Source of the DNA: Bdellovibrionales bacterium
GTDB lineage: Bacteria; Bdellovibrionota; Bdellovibrionia; Bdellovibrionales; JAUICD01
Direction: 5' to 3'
DNA length: 64,000 bases
Assembly: GCA_965203275.1 (NCBI GenBank)
Contig: OZ241865.1
Coordinates: 96,001 to 160,000 of the forward strand
The position numbers and the translations under genes are program-made. The notes beneath the pieces were generated by a model that saw only the letters and a list, made by a program, of their open reading frames with translations, did not search any database and was not told the DNA's origin. The number at the start of each line of letters is the position of its first letter. Positions within the stretch are counted from its first letter, which is position 1. Shown here piece after piece: positions 1 to 10,582 of this stretch.

Positions 1-2
1 AT

Positions 3-1469
3 ATTTATTTTTTATTTCATCGCCTAGCTATTATAGATACTACTTCTTTAGGCAATCAACCCTTTGAAACTGATTTTGCGATGCTCACTTGCAATGGTGA
101 AATATATAATTACATGGAACTTAAGAAACAATGCACAGATTATAATTTTACTAGTCATTCTGATTGTGAGGTCATATTACCTTTATATAAACGATGGGGA
201 ATGCAAAAGCTATGCACTTGCCTTGATGCGGAATTTGTTTTTGTTTTATACGATAAGATGAAAAAAGAATTTTTTGCAGCGAGAGATGTATTAGGTATAC
301 GTCCTTTGTTTTATGGTGTTGCTTCTAATGGAAGATATTTATTTGCCAGTGAGGCAAAAGCTCTTCATAGCATTTGTAAGAAAATAACACCCTTCCCACC
401 AGGCCATTACTGGAGCGAGTCTCAAGGATTTGTTTGTTATCAAGATGTAACAAATGTGATGAACAAATATGAAACAAACAGAAAAAAAGCAACTCTTAAA
501 ATTAAAGAGTATCTTACTGAAGCTGTACGTAAGAGATTGCAGAGTGATGTACCTGTTGGATTTTTTTTAAGTGGAGGGGTTGATAGCTCTTTGATTTGTG
601 CTATTGCCACTCATATTCTCAAACAACCCATACGGACTTTTAGTGTAGGTATTGATACAAATCCTATTGATATTAAGTATGCCAAGGCTGTGGCTGAATA
701 TATTAAAAGTGATCACTATGAATATACTTTTAGCTTAGATGAAGCTTTATCTCATTTACCAAATATCATCTATCATTTAGAAAGCTATGATATTACAACC
801 ATTAGGGCTAGCATTGGTATGTATCTTTTAAGTCAATATATACGTCAAAAGACAGACACAAAGGTATTGCTAACAGGGGAGGTCAGTGATGAGTTATTTG
901 GTTATAAATATACTGATTTTGCTCCATCTTCAGAAGCATTTCAACAAGAAGCACAAAAACGCATCAAAGAAATTTATATGTATGATGTGTTAAGGTGTGA
1001 TCGATGTGTGAGTGGGCATGCCCTTGAAGCAAGAGTGCCTTTTGGAGATCATGCTTTTTCTTCTTTTGTATTTCATATTGATCCTCGACTTAAAGTCAAC
1101 AACAATGGCATAGGTAAATCTTTGTTGAGAGAAGCTTTTGCTAAAGATAACTTATTACCTCAACATATTTTGTTTCGTGAGAAGGCTGCTTTTAGTGATG
1201 CTGTAGGTCATGCCTTAGTTGATGGTTTGAAAAAATATGCTACCACACAATACACAGCTGGCGATCTGCAGCAAGCAAAAGAAAAGTATCCTTATGCAAC
1301 TCCTAAGACGGCAGAAGCTTTGCTGTATAGAGATATTTTTGAGAAATTTTATCCTGGTCAATCGCATTGGATCAAAGGCTTTTGGATGCCCAATCCTAAT
1401 TGGAAACATTGCAGCGTAGAAGATCCTTCTGCTAGGGTTTTACCAAACTACAACCAAAGTGGCCACTAA
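3..1469 (+). CDS. asnB: Asparagine synthase (glutamine-hydrolysing), 5' end runs off the window
   Basis: Frame is open from position 3 (FHRLAIID..GNQPF) into NGEIYN, SDCEV, SGGVDSS, TGEVSDELF, LEARVPF and REKAAFS motifs. Confidence 0.95.
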   Translation: MYFLFHRLAIIDTTSLGNQPFETDFAMLTCNGEIYNYMELKKQCTDYNFTSHSDCEVILPLYKRWGMQKLCTCLDAEFVFVLYDKMKKEFFAARDVLGIRPLFYGVASNGRYLFASEAKALHSICKKITPFPPGHYWSESQGFVCYQDVTNVMNKYETNRKKATLKIKEYLTEAVRKRLQSDVPVGFFLSGGVDSSLICAIATHILKQPIRTFSVGIDTNPIDIKYAKAVAEYIKSDHYEYTFSLDEALSHLPNIIYHLESYDITTIRASIGMYLLSQYIRQKTDTKVLLTGEVSDELFGYKYTDFAPSSEAFQQEAQKRIKEIYMYDVLRCDRCVSGHALEARVPFGDHAFSSFVFHIDPRLKVNNNGIGKSLLREAFAKDNLLPQHILFREKAAFSDAVGHALVDGLKKYATTQYTAGDLQQAKEKYPYATPKTAEALLYRDIFEKFYPGQSHWIKGFWMPNPNWKHCSVEDPSARVLPNYNQSGH

Positions 1470-1630
1470 TTGAACAAAACATAAATACAAGAATAGTTGC
1501 CATTTTAAATAATGTAGGTCACAAATGAAGAAAGTCATACAGGGATTGTAAAGTTATTCCTGGCCAGTGCTATTAAAACAGTTTTTAATGATAAAAGATT
1601 TAACCCAAAAACAAGAACATAAAGCTATCA

Positions 1631-3175
1631 TTATTTTTGTTGCCAGCGAGCCTTTCTACGAAGACATTCAGGATGATTTTGAGAGGTCTGATAAGCAAGT
1701 TCAGAACGTTGCCTAAGGAGCCTGACATCCTCTCTAGTAGAACAGTGACCATAAACAATAGCATTGATTTGCGTAGTGGTTAACAGTGAAAATTGCCGAC
1801 GATTTGAAGAAGAAAAATTCTTTTGCCAAAGATCATGGGTATTAGCCATAATGCTATCTTCTTGTGGGATACGGCAGTCATAAGTACTACTTCTCGTAAA
1901 ACCACTATAATCATCTACAAGTCCTAAGAGATGAAGAACTTCATGGAAAATAGACGGGCAATCTATATCTGATTGATAATTTAAGGCATCAAGCAATGTA
2001 TTATGAGCTTGAATATAAATATCATGCTTTTGGATATTCAACGAAGTGGTTTGAGCATTTTCAATTGAAATTCTTAGCTTTTGTTCATTAAGTCCTTTGA
2101 TTTGAGAATATGCTTGATTCATACAACGTCTCACCTTTCTTAAATAATGAGCATGCAATTGATCATGAGGAATATCTCCATCATACCATCTACCAGGAAG
2201 AAATCTCATAGCTACAAACGCTGTGTGGTGATTTCTAGAATCTTTGCGAATAGCATATTGGTACATCCTGCTTCTATTTAAAAAACCGCAAATAAATCTT
2301 GTTTCTTGAACTTCATAATCAGAACATTGTTTTGGAATACTTAAAGAAGATATGAGTTTTTGAATTTCCAAAGTCAGATCCCAATAACGATATTCTCTCA
2401 ATTGAACTTCAGCCATCTCTACAAAATTCAGATCCACTTCACGGATTAATTTTAAAACACGGTTTTGTATCTCGTATATATCTTGACGCAACTTATGCTC
2501 AACAAGAAGATCTTGTTGAGTTTGTTCTATTTCTGGATATCTTTCATGGATTGAAATATATGGATCAAGCATTTTTTTGATTGTTGCTATTGCTAATCTT
2601 AAACACAAGGGACTTGCCATAGAAGCTAAATGAAACATTTGATTATATTCAGATGTATTGCCATAAAGCAGTGTATGAGCTATAGACGTGTGAGAACAAA
2701 CATGAGGGCAAGAAGAAGCCGAAGATATTTGATGAAAGGCCTCTGATGTGATAGATGGAGGTAACTCCCCTATTAAATAATGCTCCTCAGGATAAAGTAT
2801 GCGTAGGGATTGATCTCTTATCCATTGGTTTTGTGTATCCAAAAGAATTGCGTTAGCATCTACTAAACAAGCTTGTATGTCTCTTATAGAAAGCTGATCA
2901 CATAGGAGCCTTGCTTTTTCTCTGGCTATCTTAATTATTTCATTAATAAATGTAGGATTGGCATGATCAGATTGATGTAAAAGGTTTTTGGCTTGTTTTA
3001 AAAAGGAATCTAAAAAGACTTTTTTACCTCCCAGACTGATTCTCACCATATAAGGTCGATCATTAGGCTCGAGTCCTTTAATGATTTTATAAGGATCATA
3101 TAAAAAAATTGTTGTGGATAATCCAAACACTTGAGAATTAATGAATATAAAACAAATGAAAAGTAAGCATTTCAT
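1631..3175 (-). CDS. Secreted protein with a putative zinc metalloprotease domain
   Basis: N-terminal signal-like segment; HEVLHLLGLVDDY (HExxH) followed by a SIM Met-turn-like motif. Confidence 0.6.
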   Translation of the reverse strand: MKCLLFICFIFINSQVFGLSTTIFLYDPYKIIKGLEPNDRPYMVRISLGGKKVFLDSFLKQAKNLLHQSDHANPTFINEIIKIAREKARLLCDQLSIRDIQACLVDANAILLDTQNQWIRDQSLRILYPEEHYLIGELPPSITSEAFHQISSASSCPHVCSHTSIAHTLLYGNTSEYNQMFHLASMASPLCLRLAIATIKKMLDPYISIHERYPEIEQTQQDLLVEHKLRQDIYEIQNRVLKLIREVDLNFVEMAEVQLREYRYWDLTLEIQKLISSLSIPKQCSDYEVQETRFICGFLNRSRMYQYAIRKDSRNHHTAFVAMRFLPGRWYDGDIPHDQLHAHYLRKVRRCMNQAYSQIKGLNEQKLRISIENAQTTSLNIQKHDIYIQAHNTLLDALNYQSDIDCPSIFHEVLHLLGLVDDYSGFTRSSTYDCRIPQEDSIMANTHDLWQKNFSSSNRRQFSLLTTTQINAIVYGHCSTREDVRLLRQRSELAYQTSQNHPECLRRKARWQQK

Positions 3176-3408
3176 AAAATTTATAAAAGCACTTTTAAAT
3201 TATTATGTCAAGTCTATGAACCTTGATACAATGAATACTTTGTGGATTGAGTTAAAATAAGACTTTATTATTACAAAAAAAAGAAATTCTTTTTTATCCT
3301 CATAAACTTATTGCAATTGTTTTTCTTCATTTAATTCTTCACTCAAGATGAATGGATTTGACATATTAAGCTACACAAAGGATAATAATTTTTGAAAAGG
3401 AGGTCCTT

Positions 3409-4221
3409 ATGCTCACCAAAGACACTTATAGAAATAAAACTCTCTCTCGAAGAATCAAAATCTGTGCTATTTTATGTTTAATAGCCTGTGTTGTATTTTC
3501 AACAGGAATTGACAAAAGCCAAGCTTTAGCAGTTTCTCCAAGTACAATTATCTTAATTAATGATAACTATACAGTTTTGTTTTATAGAGATTTTCGTTAT
3601 CATACAAACCATCAAGGGATGACTATTTTAATCAATGATGTTGTCATTAAACCTTGCAAAAACCTTACTGTTATTGAATCTATATCTGACTGTCAATTAG
3701 CATCTGGTCAATCACTTAGAAGGGTTTCTGTCAATACATTTAAAGAAAGAATCAAAGAAGGCTTAAAAATTCTTACAAATGCAAATGCTCATTTTACTTC
3801 AAAAAATGATGGAACTATCCATGATATGCTTTTTGTTCACCAAAGTATTCAAGAAGACATTATGGATATCAAAGCAAGATATGATGAGAAAAATGCACAT
3901 TTTCAATCATTGCAAGAGATCATAAATACTTATGGAAGACATGCTCTATCACAAGATGAAGATCAACAATATGAAACTTTGAGAGAAGAACTATTAGATA
4001 TACAGGATCAAGCTACTCAGTGGATTAACTACACTGAAGAAGTTGCTATAGAAATTGATGACCTCATAGATGTTTTACTTAATGAAATGCTTTCTTTAAA
4101 TGCAGGTTTACAACATCATATTGTAAGTAATGCTATTGCTTTTACTTCAGATTCACAAGATCATTTTATACTCCACTTGTTGATAGGATATTTAAATCAA
4201 GCTCCTTTAAAATTATTCTAG
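3409..4221 (+). CDS. Hypothetical secreted or membrane-anchored coiled-coil protein
   Basis: AAGGAGG RBS before ATG, hydrophobic N-terminal segment, 270 aa. Confidence 0.7.
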   Translation: MLTKDTYRNKTLSRRIKICAILCLIACVVFSTGIDKSQALAVSPSTIILINDNYTVLFYRDFRYHTNHQGMTILINDVVIKPCKNLTVIESISDCQLASGQSLRRVSVNTFKERIKEGLKILTNANAHFTSKNDGTIHDMLFVHQSIQEDIMDIKARYDEKNAHFQSLQEIINTYGRHALSQDEDQQYETLREELLDIQDQATQWINYTEEVAIEIDDLIDVLLNEMLSLNAGLQHHIVSNAIAFTSDSQDHFILHLLIGYLNQAPLKLF

Positions 4222-4300
4222 TGGATGTATCTTTGTGAATAAAAATGAAATAATACAAACAATACTCTATCATTAACAAAAATAAATCATTGGATATTTT

Positions 4301-5527
4301 ATGAAAGTATTTTTGCTTTTTATATTGATCAGCAATCATGCCTTTGCTTACACTTTTGATGAGGCGATTGCTCACTTAAGCCATCATCCTGTTGTTCAGT
4401 CCATTCATCAACAAGCTTTTTTATTTAAGCAAAAGGGACAGCAAGAGGGATCATGGGGTGATCCAATCTTTCATGTTTCTATGAGGAATATGACAGGTCG
4501 CACAGTGTCTTTTCCTACAGTTGATCCCACAATCATGCAAAGCATAAATTTTCAAATCTCTCAAAAGGTAGCCTTGACTCCTGTTTATGGTACGAAAAAA
4601 AAATCACTTTTTCAAATGGCTCTAGCCCAAGAGCATACAAAAGAAGATCAAAAAAGAAAATTAATTATTGATTTATGGATTCACTTAATTACAAATAGGA
4701 GTCTCAATGAAGAAATGCAAATTCTCAAAGAGAATCTTGACTGGATGATGAATACTATAAGTGTTTCAGAAAAACTCTATGTCAATGGCACAATCTCTCA
4801 ACAAGCACTTCTCAATATTAAAATCAGGAAATCTGAGATGGAATCTGATATAGAAAATAAAAAATCACAAATTAAAAAACAAAGCGAACATCTCAAATAT
4901 CTTGTTGATTTAGAAGGCACATTAGATATTGCTACAATCCCTTGGGATTTTTTAGAAACCAAAACTATTCGCACAGATCTACAAGATTTTAAGCAAAAAG
5001 CTTTTGACGCTCAGCTCACATCTAAAGAGTTAAAACTAAAAGCTACCAAACTAGCCTATATACCAGATATGACTCTTTCATTAGGTTATACAAAAATGCT
5101 TCAACATAATAAAGAGGGATTTATTTCTGCTGGTATAACATGGACCCTCCCTTTATCTCGTCAAAAATATGCAGCTCGTTTAAGTGCAGAATTTGAAAAA
5201 CAAAAAACCATAGAAGAAATAAATCAATACCAGAGGCTTAAAGAAAATCAAACAAAGAAACTTTTGCATGATATTCAAGAAAACAAATCTCAACTTCAGA
5301 TCATTCATCAACAAGCTATTCCCTTTGCTAGAAATTCTAAACAAATCACATCTCAATCATATAGACTAGGTCAATCTAACTATGTAGATCTTTTGCAAGC
5401 AGAACTTCAAATGCAAAAATTATTACTTAAAAGTAGCCTTTTAAAAGCTAGCCTTGCTAAAAATCAAATAACATATAAATATTTAATAGGTGATGATCTC
5501 TATAGAGGAAATATGAATCTAAAGTAA
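4301..5527 (+). CDS. TolC-family outer membrane protein (heavy-metal efflux type)
   Basis: Signal peptide; SWGDP, LYVNGTISQQALL, IPDMTLSLGY and SYRLGQSNYVDLL OEP-like repeats. Confidence 0.75.
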   Translation: MKVFLLFILISNHAFAYTFDEAIAHLSHHPVVQSIHQQAFLFKQKGQQEGSWGDPIFHVSMRNMTGRTVSFPTVDPTIMQSINFQISQKVALTPVYGTKKKSLFQMALAQEHTKEDQKRKLIIDLWIHLITNRSLNEEMQILKENLDWMMNTISVSEKLYVNGTISQQALLNIKIRKSEMESDIENKKSQIKKQSEHLKYLVDLEGTLDIATIPWDFLETKTIRTDLQDFKQKAFDAQLTSKELKLKATKLAYIPDMTLSLGYTKMLQHNKEGFISAGITWTLPLSRQKYAARLSAEFEKQKTIEEINQYQRLKENQTKKLLHDIQENKSQLQIIHQQAIPFARNSKQITSQSYRLGQSNYVDLLQAELQMQKLLLKSSLLKASLAKNQITYKYLIGDDLYRGNMNLK

Positions 5528-5611
5528 TCTTTTTCTCTAAAATATGAAAATAGCTAAAGAAATCAAGAATATCAAAGACAACAAATCAAAGCTTCCATTG
5601 TTAGTAAATGG

Positions 5612-6199
5612 TCACACCGAAGAAGAGTTATTAATAATATTTTTAATAATATTGTGAAATAGTTGATAAGAATGATCAAATTCATTATTGATCACTTGGT
5701 GATCATAAAGATGAGCCATTTTAATTTCCTCTTTGGCATTTTTTAGCCTCAGCTCTAAAAATTTTGTCTCCCCATCTCTTTTTCTTAGTCTTTTTTCAAG
5801 TTCTTCCATTGATGGGGGTAAGATAAAAATAGTGTGAGCAAAGGAATATTGCTTTTTTAAAATTTTAGCTCCTTGAACATCAATATCCATAATCACAATG
5901 CGTCCTTGTTTCCATGCATCCTTAAGTTGTTGCTTTGATGTTCCATAATAATAAGAATGTACAACAGCCCACTCTGCAAAAAGTTCTTTATGAATCATCT
6001 GTAAAAACTTTTCTTCTGTGATAAAAAAATAAGGATGACCATAAGCTTCACCCTTACGAGGATGCCGAGTGGTATGACTAATGCTATGAATTAAAATGGG
6101 GAATTGACCTAATGCTTTGTTACAAAAACTAGATTTGCCAGATCCACTAGGGGCTGAAACAATAATTAATCTTTGCTTTGCTACTTTATCTTGAAGCAT
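5612..6199 (-). CDS. gmk: Guanylate kinase
   Basis: SAPSGSGKS P-loop, SHTTRHPR, YYGT, DIDVQGA, IFILPPS; start uncertain (6199 or 6250). Confidence 0.95.
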   Translation of the reverse strand: MLQDKVAKQRLIIVSAPSGSGKSSFCNKALGQFPILIHSISHTTRHPRKGEAYGHPYFFITEEKFLQMIHKELFAEWAVVHSYYYGTSKQQLKDAWKQGRIVIMDIDVQGAKILKKQYSFAHTIFILPPSMEELEKRLRKRDGETKFLELRLKNAKEEIKMAHLYDHQVINNEFDHSYQLFHNIIKNIINNSSSV

Positions 6200-6293
6200 A
6201 ACCTTGAACCATAAATCATTCTTTGTTGCACATTGTTTATATGACAACACACATAAAAACTAAAGAGAAATTTTATATTGAAAATCAGAAGCT

Positions 6294-6662
6294 CTATCTG
6301 GCATATTGCCTTTTAAGATTTTCTCTCATTTGAGCTCCCTCAATACTTAAAGATGTCCAAGGAATTGCCATCAACCTTTTTGCTTCAATAGGTTCTTCTG
6401 TTTCATCACATATCCCATAAGATCCATCTTCAATCCTTGCAAGTGCATTTTCAATTTCAACCAATCGATGCTTAAGTCGCTCACGCTCTAAGACTGCATC
6501 TTGCTCTTGACGAAGAGTCACTGTTTGATCAGCTTCATCTCCGCCTCTCTTATCTACTAAAGAAAAATTTTGACGGTTCATTTGAAGTCTGTTCATAATT
6601 TTAACTTTTTCCTTCAAAAGATCCTCTTTACGTTGGTTTATAAAAGTATTCTGTAATGCCAT
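6294..6662 (-). CDS. dksA: DksA/TraR family transcription factor
   Basis: GDEAD coiled-coil tip; IENALARIEDGSYGICDETEEPIEAKRL.AIPW. Confidence 0.85.
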   Translation of the reverse strand: MALQNTFINQRKEDLLKEKVKIMNRLQMNRQNFSLVDKRGGDEADQTVTLRQEQDAVLERERLKHRLVEIENALARIEDGSYGICDETEEPIEAKRLMAIPWTSLSIEGAQMRENLKRQYAR

Positions 6663-6951
6663 TGTAACCCCCTCTCTTTTTATAATGTTCTATAAAAAAT
6701 ATTTTATAAAACTTAAACTATTCAAATAGCATTGCTTAATAGAAAAAAACTATAAAACTCCTTTAGATTTGACCTTTAAATTTAATTATTACTTATAGCT
6801 TTGTTGTAACTGGCCTATTCAAATATTTATAAACTATCTATGTCAAAAATCAACATAGATTCTTATGTTTTTTATATTTTTTTTAAATAAAAATGCTATT
6901 ATTAGGATTTGGTTTTAGATAGCATAAATTTTATTTATGATAGGTGTTGAT

Positions 6952-7740
6952 TCAATCTTCAATTTCTATAGCGATAGGACAGTGATCTGACCCTTGGATA
7001 TGATCTAAAATTTCCACACCAATAACTCTTTCAATTAACTTGTGTGTGACACAAATCAAGTCAATCCTCCATCCTTTATTAGAAGGGCGAGCTACTTCTT
7101 TTAAGCTCCACCATGTATAGCAATCTTTTTTATCTGGATAAAAGTGGCGAAAGGTATCTATAAACCCTAAGTCTAACATTTCCTGGAACCAAGTCCTTTC
7201 TTCTGGTAAAAATCCACTTATATGACAATGTTTTTGTGGGTCATAGAGATCTATTTCTGTAGGAGCTATATTATAATCTCCTAAGACAATAATTTCTTTT
7301 CCAGAATCAATATCTTTTTTAAGGGTATTTAAAAATACTTTATTAAATTGTCTTTTATAATTAAGTCTTGCTTCTGAACTCCTCCCATTAGGAAAATACA
7401 CATTATATAATTTAAAGCTTTGATCTGTAGATATTAAACTGCCATGACAGCTAATTAAAAAACGGCCTTCATTATCAAATTGTGGATGACCAATTTGAAA
7501 TGAAGTTTCCTGTGGCTCTTGACAAGTAAAAGTTGCTACACCTGAATAGCCTTTTCTTTCTGCACTGGACCAATAAGAAAACATCCCACAAGGCTCTAAA
7601 AGCTCTTGAGGAACCTGCTCTTTGTGTGCTTTGGTTTCTTGAACACAAAAAATATCAGGTTGTTGTTCTTTAAGAAAAGACATCAACCCCTTTCTATAAG
7701 CAGCACGAATACCATTAACATTCCACGAAATAATCTTCAT
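6952..7740 (-). CDS. xth: Exodeoxyribonuclease III
   Basis: SWNVNGIRA, CVQETK, GYSGVA, GDYNIAP, GWRID and SDHCP motifs. Confidence 0.95.
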   Translation of the reverse strand: MKIISWNVNGIRAAYRKGLMSFLKEQQPDIFCVQETKAHKEQVPQELLEPCGMFSYWSSAERKGYSGVATFTCQEPQETSFQIGHPQFDNEGRFLISCHGSLISTDQSFKLYNVYFPNGRSSEARLNYKRQFNKVFLNTLKKDIDSGKEIIVLGDYNIAPTEIDLYDPQKHCHISGFLPEERTWFQEMLDLGFIDTFRHFYPDKKDCYTWWSLKEVARPSNKGWRIDLICVTHKLIERVIGVEILDHIQGSDHCPIAIEIED

Positions 7741-9265
7741 TTGGACCTTCTATTGTCTAATTTCGTCTTTTTTGCACTAAAAGTGGTCTGACCTCTAGTC
7801 ACTTTCTGGTTGCCAGCCGAAGGCTATTCGCCTTCTTATTCTTTTTCACTAAAAATAAACCAGCCTCTGGCTGTTTTTGAGCTGGATCTTCAATTTATTT
7901 CTTAAATTTCAAAATCATTGCCCTGAGACCAGACTCTTTCCCATTTATATCATTAGTTTTTATCACTTTTTACTCATTTGGCTTTGAAATTCTGTGCTTG
8001 CAAATAAAAAATCTGGATGCGAATGGTAATGGGCATTGCTCTGACAGCTTACGCTGTCTAAAAAGAGCAATGCCTCAAAAATCTGTTTATTTTTAGTAAG
8101 GAGGAAGCCTTCATTTTTTACTACATGTTAAGGAAAAAGTTCCTTCTATCAAAATTCCCTCAAAATTTCCCTTCCCTGAATATTCTAATCTAATTTCGTA
8201 TATCCATCAGGTCAAGCTCATTTCAGAGAACTGAAAGGTCAATTTTGAGGAGATCGGCTAGAAAATCACTGCATAACATCTTAATATGTACTCTTTGTTG
8301 TATATATTATTCTCAATCCTTTCTTTGAACCTTCTGTCTTTGGACCTTCTATTGTCTAACTTCGTTGATCCTCATTTGGACCTTCTATTGTCTAATTTCG
8401 TTGATCCTCATCTACCCGTACGAACCTCTTTCAGAGATACGTGAACTGTTTCCCTCAAAATTTCCCTTCCCTGAATATTCTAATCTAATTTCGTATATCC
8501 ATCAGGTCAAGCTCATTTCAGAGAACTGAAAGGTCAATTTTGAGGAGATCGGCTAGAAAATCACTGCATAACATCTTAATATGTACTCTTTGTTGTATAT
8601 ATTATTCTCAATCCTTTCTTTGAACCTTCTGTCTTTGGACCTTCTATTGTCTAACTTCGTTGATCCTCATCTACCCGTACGTATTTGATTTTCACTCAAA
8701 ATAAATCATGCCTCTGTTTCACTAAAAGTAAACCAGCCTCTGGCTGTTTTTGGGCAATCAGCCCGACGGCTCACGCCGTCGATCAAAGGCTGATTGCCTC
8801 AAAAATCCGTTTACTTTGAGTAGGGCGGATCTCCTTGCTTCTGACACCATGTTAGGGAAAAAGTGCTTTTATTACCTTAAGAGCAAGTGGTTTACGAATG
8901 AGGAACTTTTTCCTTAACATGTAGTCAAGAGACGAAGAGATCCTTTCTACTAAAAGTGGTCAGGCTTTCTAGGTGATGACCATTTTATCGATGGCGAAAG
9001 CCATTGCGGTCATTGTCCATTACCATTCGCATCTAGATTTTTTATTTGCAAGCACAGAATTTCAAAGCCAAATAAGATGAAGGTTTGTACAAGCTAATGA
9101 TATGAATGGGAAAGAGTCTGGTCTCAGGGCAATGATTTTGAAATTTAAGAAATAAATTGAAGATCCAGCTCAAAAGTGGCCAGAGGCCAGTTCATTTTGA
9201 GTGAAATGTTAAGGAAAAAGTTCAGTTTTAGTACCTGATGCCGGGTTGCCAGATCCCAGATCCCT
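7741..9265. repeat. Cluster of the structured palindromic element family plus accessory modules
   Basis: Cores at 7845-8140, 8716-8863 and 8900-9207; 221-bp direct duplication 8155-8375/8450-8670; 152-bp inverted inserts 7880-8031/9018-9170; GGGATC module 9236-9264. Confidence 0.9.
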
Positions 9266-9336
9266 TTAGTTGTTTTGAAATTTGGTATACTCCTTTAAAT
9301 CCATACCAGCAAATCTTATAATTTAAAAAAGGCAAA

Positions 9337-9735
9337 TTATTTTTTCAGCTTGAGAATGTCGTCTTTGGACAAACCTGTCATTGTAGAGATCAATGAAATA
9401 TTGAGATTTTCTTTCAACATATTTTGTGCTACTTTCTCCATTCCATCCTTACGACCTTTTTCCATCCCTTTTTCCATTCCTTTTTCCATCCCTTCCTTAC
9501 GACCTTTTTCCATCCCTTTTTCCATCCCTTTCTCCACTCCTTCCTTACGACCTTTTTCCATCCCTTTTTCCATTCCTTTTTCCATCCCTTCCTTACGACC
9601 TTTCTTCATCCCTTTCTCATAAGCACCCTCTTCTCTGGCTACTTGATCTTTTCTGTCTCTCTCTTTCACCATTGCAAGTTCCTGTAATGTCTCATCTTTT
9701 GATAATATCCATAAATGCTTTGCTGCTTCTGCCAT
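9337..9735 (-). CDS. Putative intragenic RpnS (in-frame internal start, 132 aa)
   Basis: AAGGGAGG-TATT-ATG in frame at Met214; same site in all three rpn copies. Confidence 0.65.
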   Translation of the reverse strand: MAEAAKHLWILSKDETLQELAMVKERDRKDQVAREEGAYEKGMKKGRKEGMEKGMEKGMEKGRKEGVEKGMEKGMEKGRKEGMEKGMEKGMEKGRKDGMEKVAQNMLKENLNISLISTMTGLSKDDILKLKK

Positions 9736-10374
9736 AATACCTCCCTTGTTTTGAAAATTGGTATACTCCTTTAAATCCATATTACCAGAGTTCTTTAAAA
9801 GATAACACCAATCTGCCTTTTTGTCAAATAATTCATGCAAACTTGACTGAAACTTGCCTAATTCTACAATGACAAAACACAATCCACGAGACATAATCAC
9901 TTCTGGTGGTTTTGTCCGACGGATATTGCAGATATGATAGTAATCCTTTATCCCTGCAAATTCTTTTAAATTAGCTGTTGTAAAAACAAGTGAATACACA
10001 GGAAGTAATTTATTAAAATCTTCGCCTTTCTTTATCTGACCAGAATAAGCCCTAGAAGCATAAACTAATATCCGATCTGTAAAAAACTTTTGACTTGTTG
10101 TTTGAACTTCTACATGGACAATATCTGTATCTTGAAGAACGCCTCTGATCCGTCTTCTTAATTTTACACGCAAATCTAAAGTAAAGGATTTGTATTCGTC
10201 TGGAACCTTATCGGGAAGAAGCTCTGTGTTTAATAATGAAACACCCTCTATCACAGAACCCTTAGGCAAAGGCACAAAATTCTCTACCAGTGAAATTAAA
10301 AGGTCTTCTCTCTTTTCAAAAAAAGCCTTGAAAATAGCATCTATTGTTAATTGTAATAAAACTCTCTCTGTCAT
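9337..10374 (-). CDS. Rpn/YhgA-like PD-(D/E)XK nuclease (recombination-promoting nuclease family)
   Basis: D..FKAFF, LDLRV, VEVQ, DR.L.Y.SR.YS.Q, W.Y.LK, EKG(M/R) repeats, C-terminal TGLS helix-turn-helix. Confidence 0.9.
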   Translation of the reverse strand: MTERVLLQLTIDAIFKAFFEKREDLLISLVENFVPLPKGSVIEGVSLLNTELLPDKVPDEYKSFTLDLRVKLRRRIRGVLQDTDIVHVEVQTTSQKFFTDRILVYASRAYSGQIKKGEDFNKLLPVYSLVFTTANLKEFAGIKDYYHICNIRRTKPPEVIMSRGLCFVIVELGKFQSSLHELFDKKADWCYLLKNSGNMDLKEYTNFQNKGGIMAEAAKHLWILSKDETLQELAMVKERDRKDQVAREEGAYEKGMKKGRKEGMEKGMEKGMEKGRKEGVEKGMEKGMEKGRKEGMEKGMEKGMEKGRKDGMEKVAQNMLKENLNISLISTMTGLSKDDILKLKK

Positions 10375-10582
10375 AACTTTGAACCTCCCTTTATATCTTT
10401 AAACATAATACAAATACCCTAAATGAAACCAAAACACAATATCCACAAATAGCAACTTTTAGCTTAATATTATCTCTAGCATTGATTTATTTATCTGAAA
10501 TTTCGTTTTTCCCCTTATTTTTAGGTTTTTTATATTGTCATCATACGAAAAAACAAAAATTAAGACAAATATAGAATTGGTA

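Noticed and set aside
8390..8416. Hammerhead ribozyme (GATGAG..CGAAA on the minus strand; GAAAC after P1 in cores)
   Set aside because: The CTGANGA core is absent and stems I and III cannot be drawn
8340..8670. 36-nt repeats as a CRISPR array
   Set aside because: Two copies are directly adjacent with no spacer, the third belongs to a larger duplication, and there are no cas genes
8818..8836. Classical GTAG-REP assignment (GTAGGGCGGAT)
   Set aside because: GTAG is not conserved across copies (GAAG, GTAA variants) and no RAYT gene is in the window; a distant relationship is not excluded
9350..9737. Antisense and alternate-frame ORFs over rpn, beta-helix and Pro/Thr repeats (also 11390-11912, 23700-24112, 25338-25619, 44578-44939)
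   Set aside because: Shadow frames kept open by low-complexity repeats
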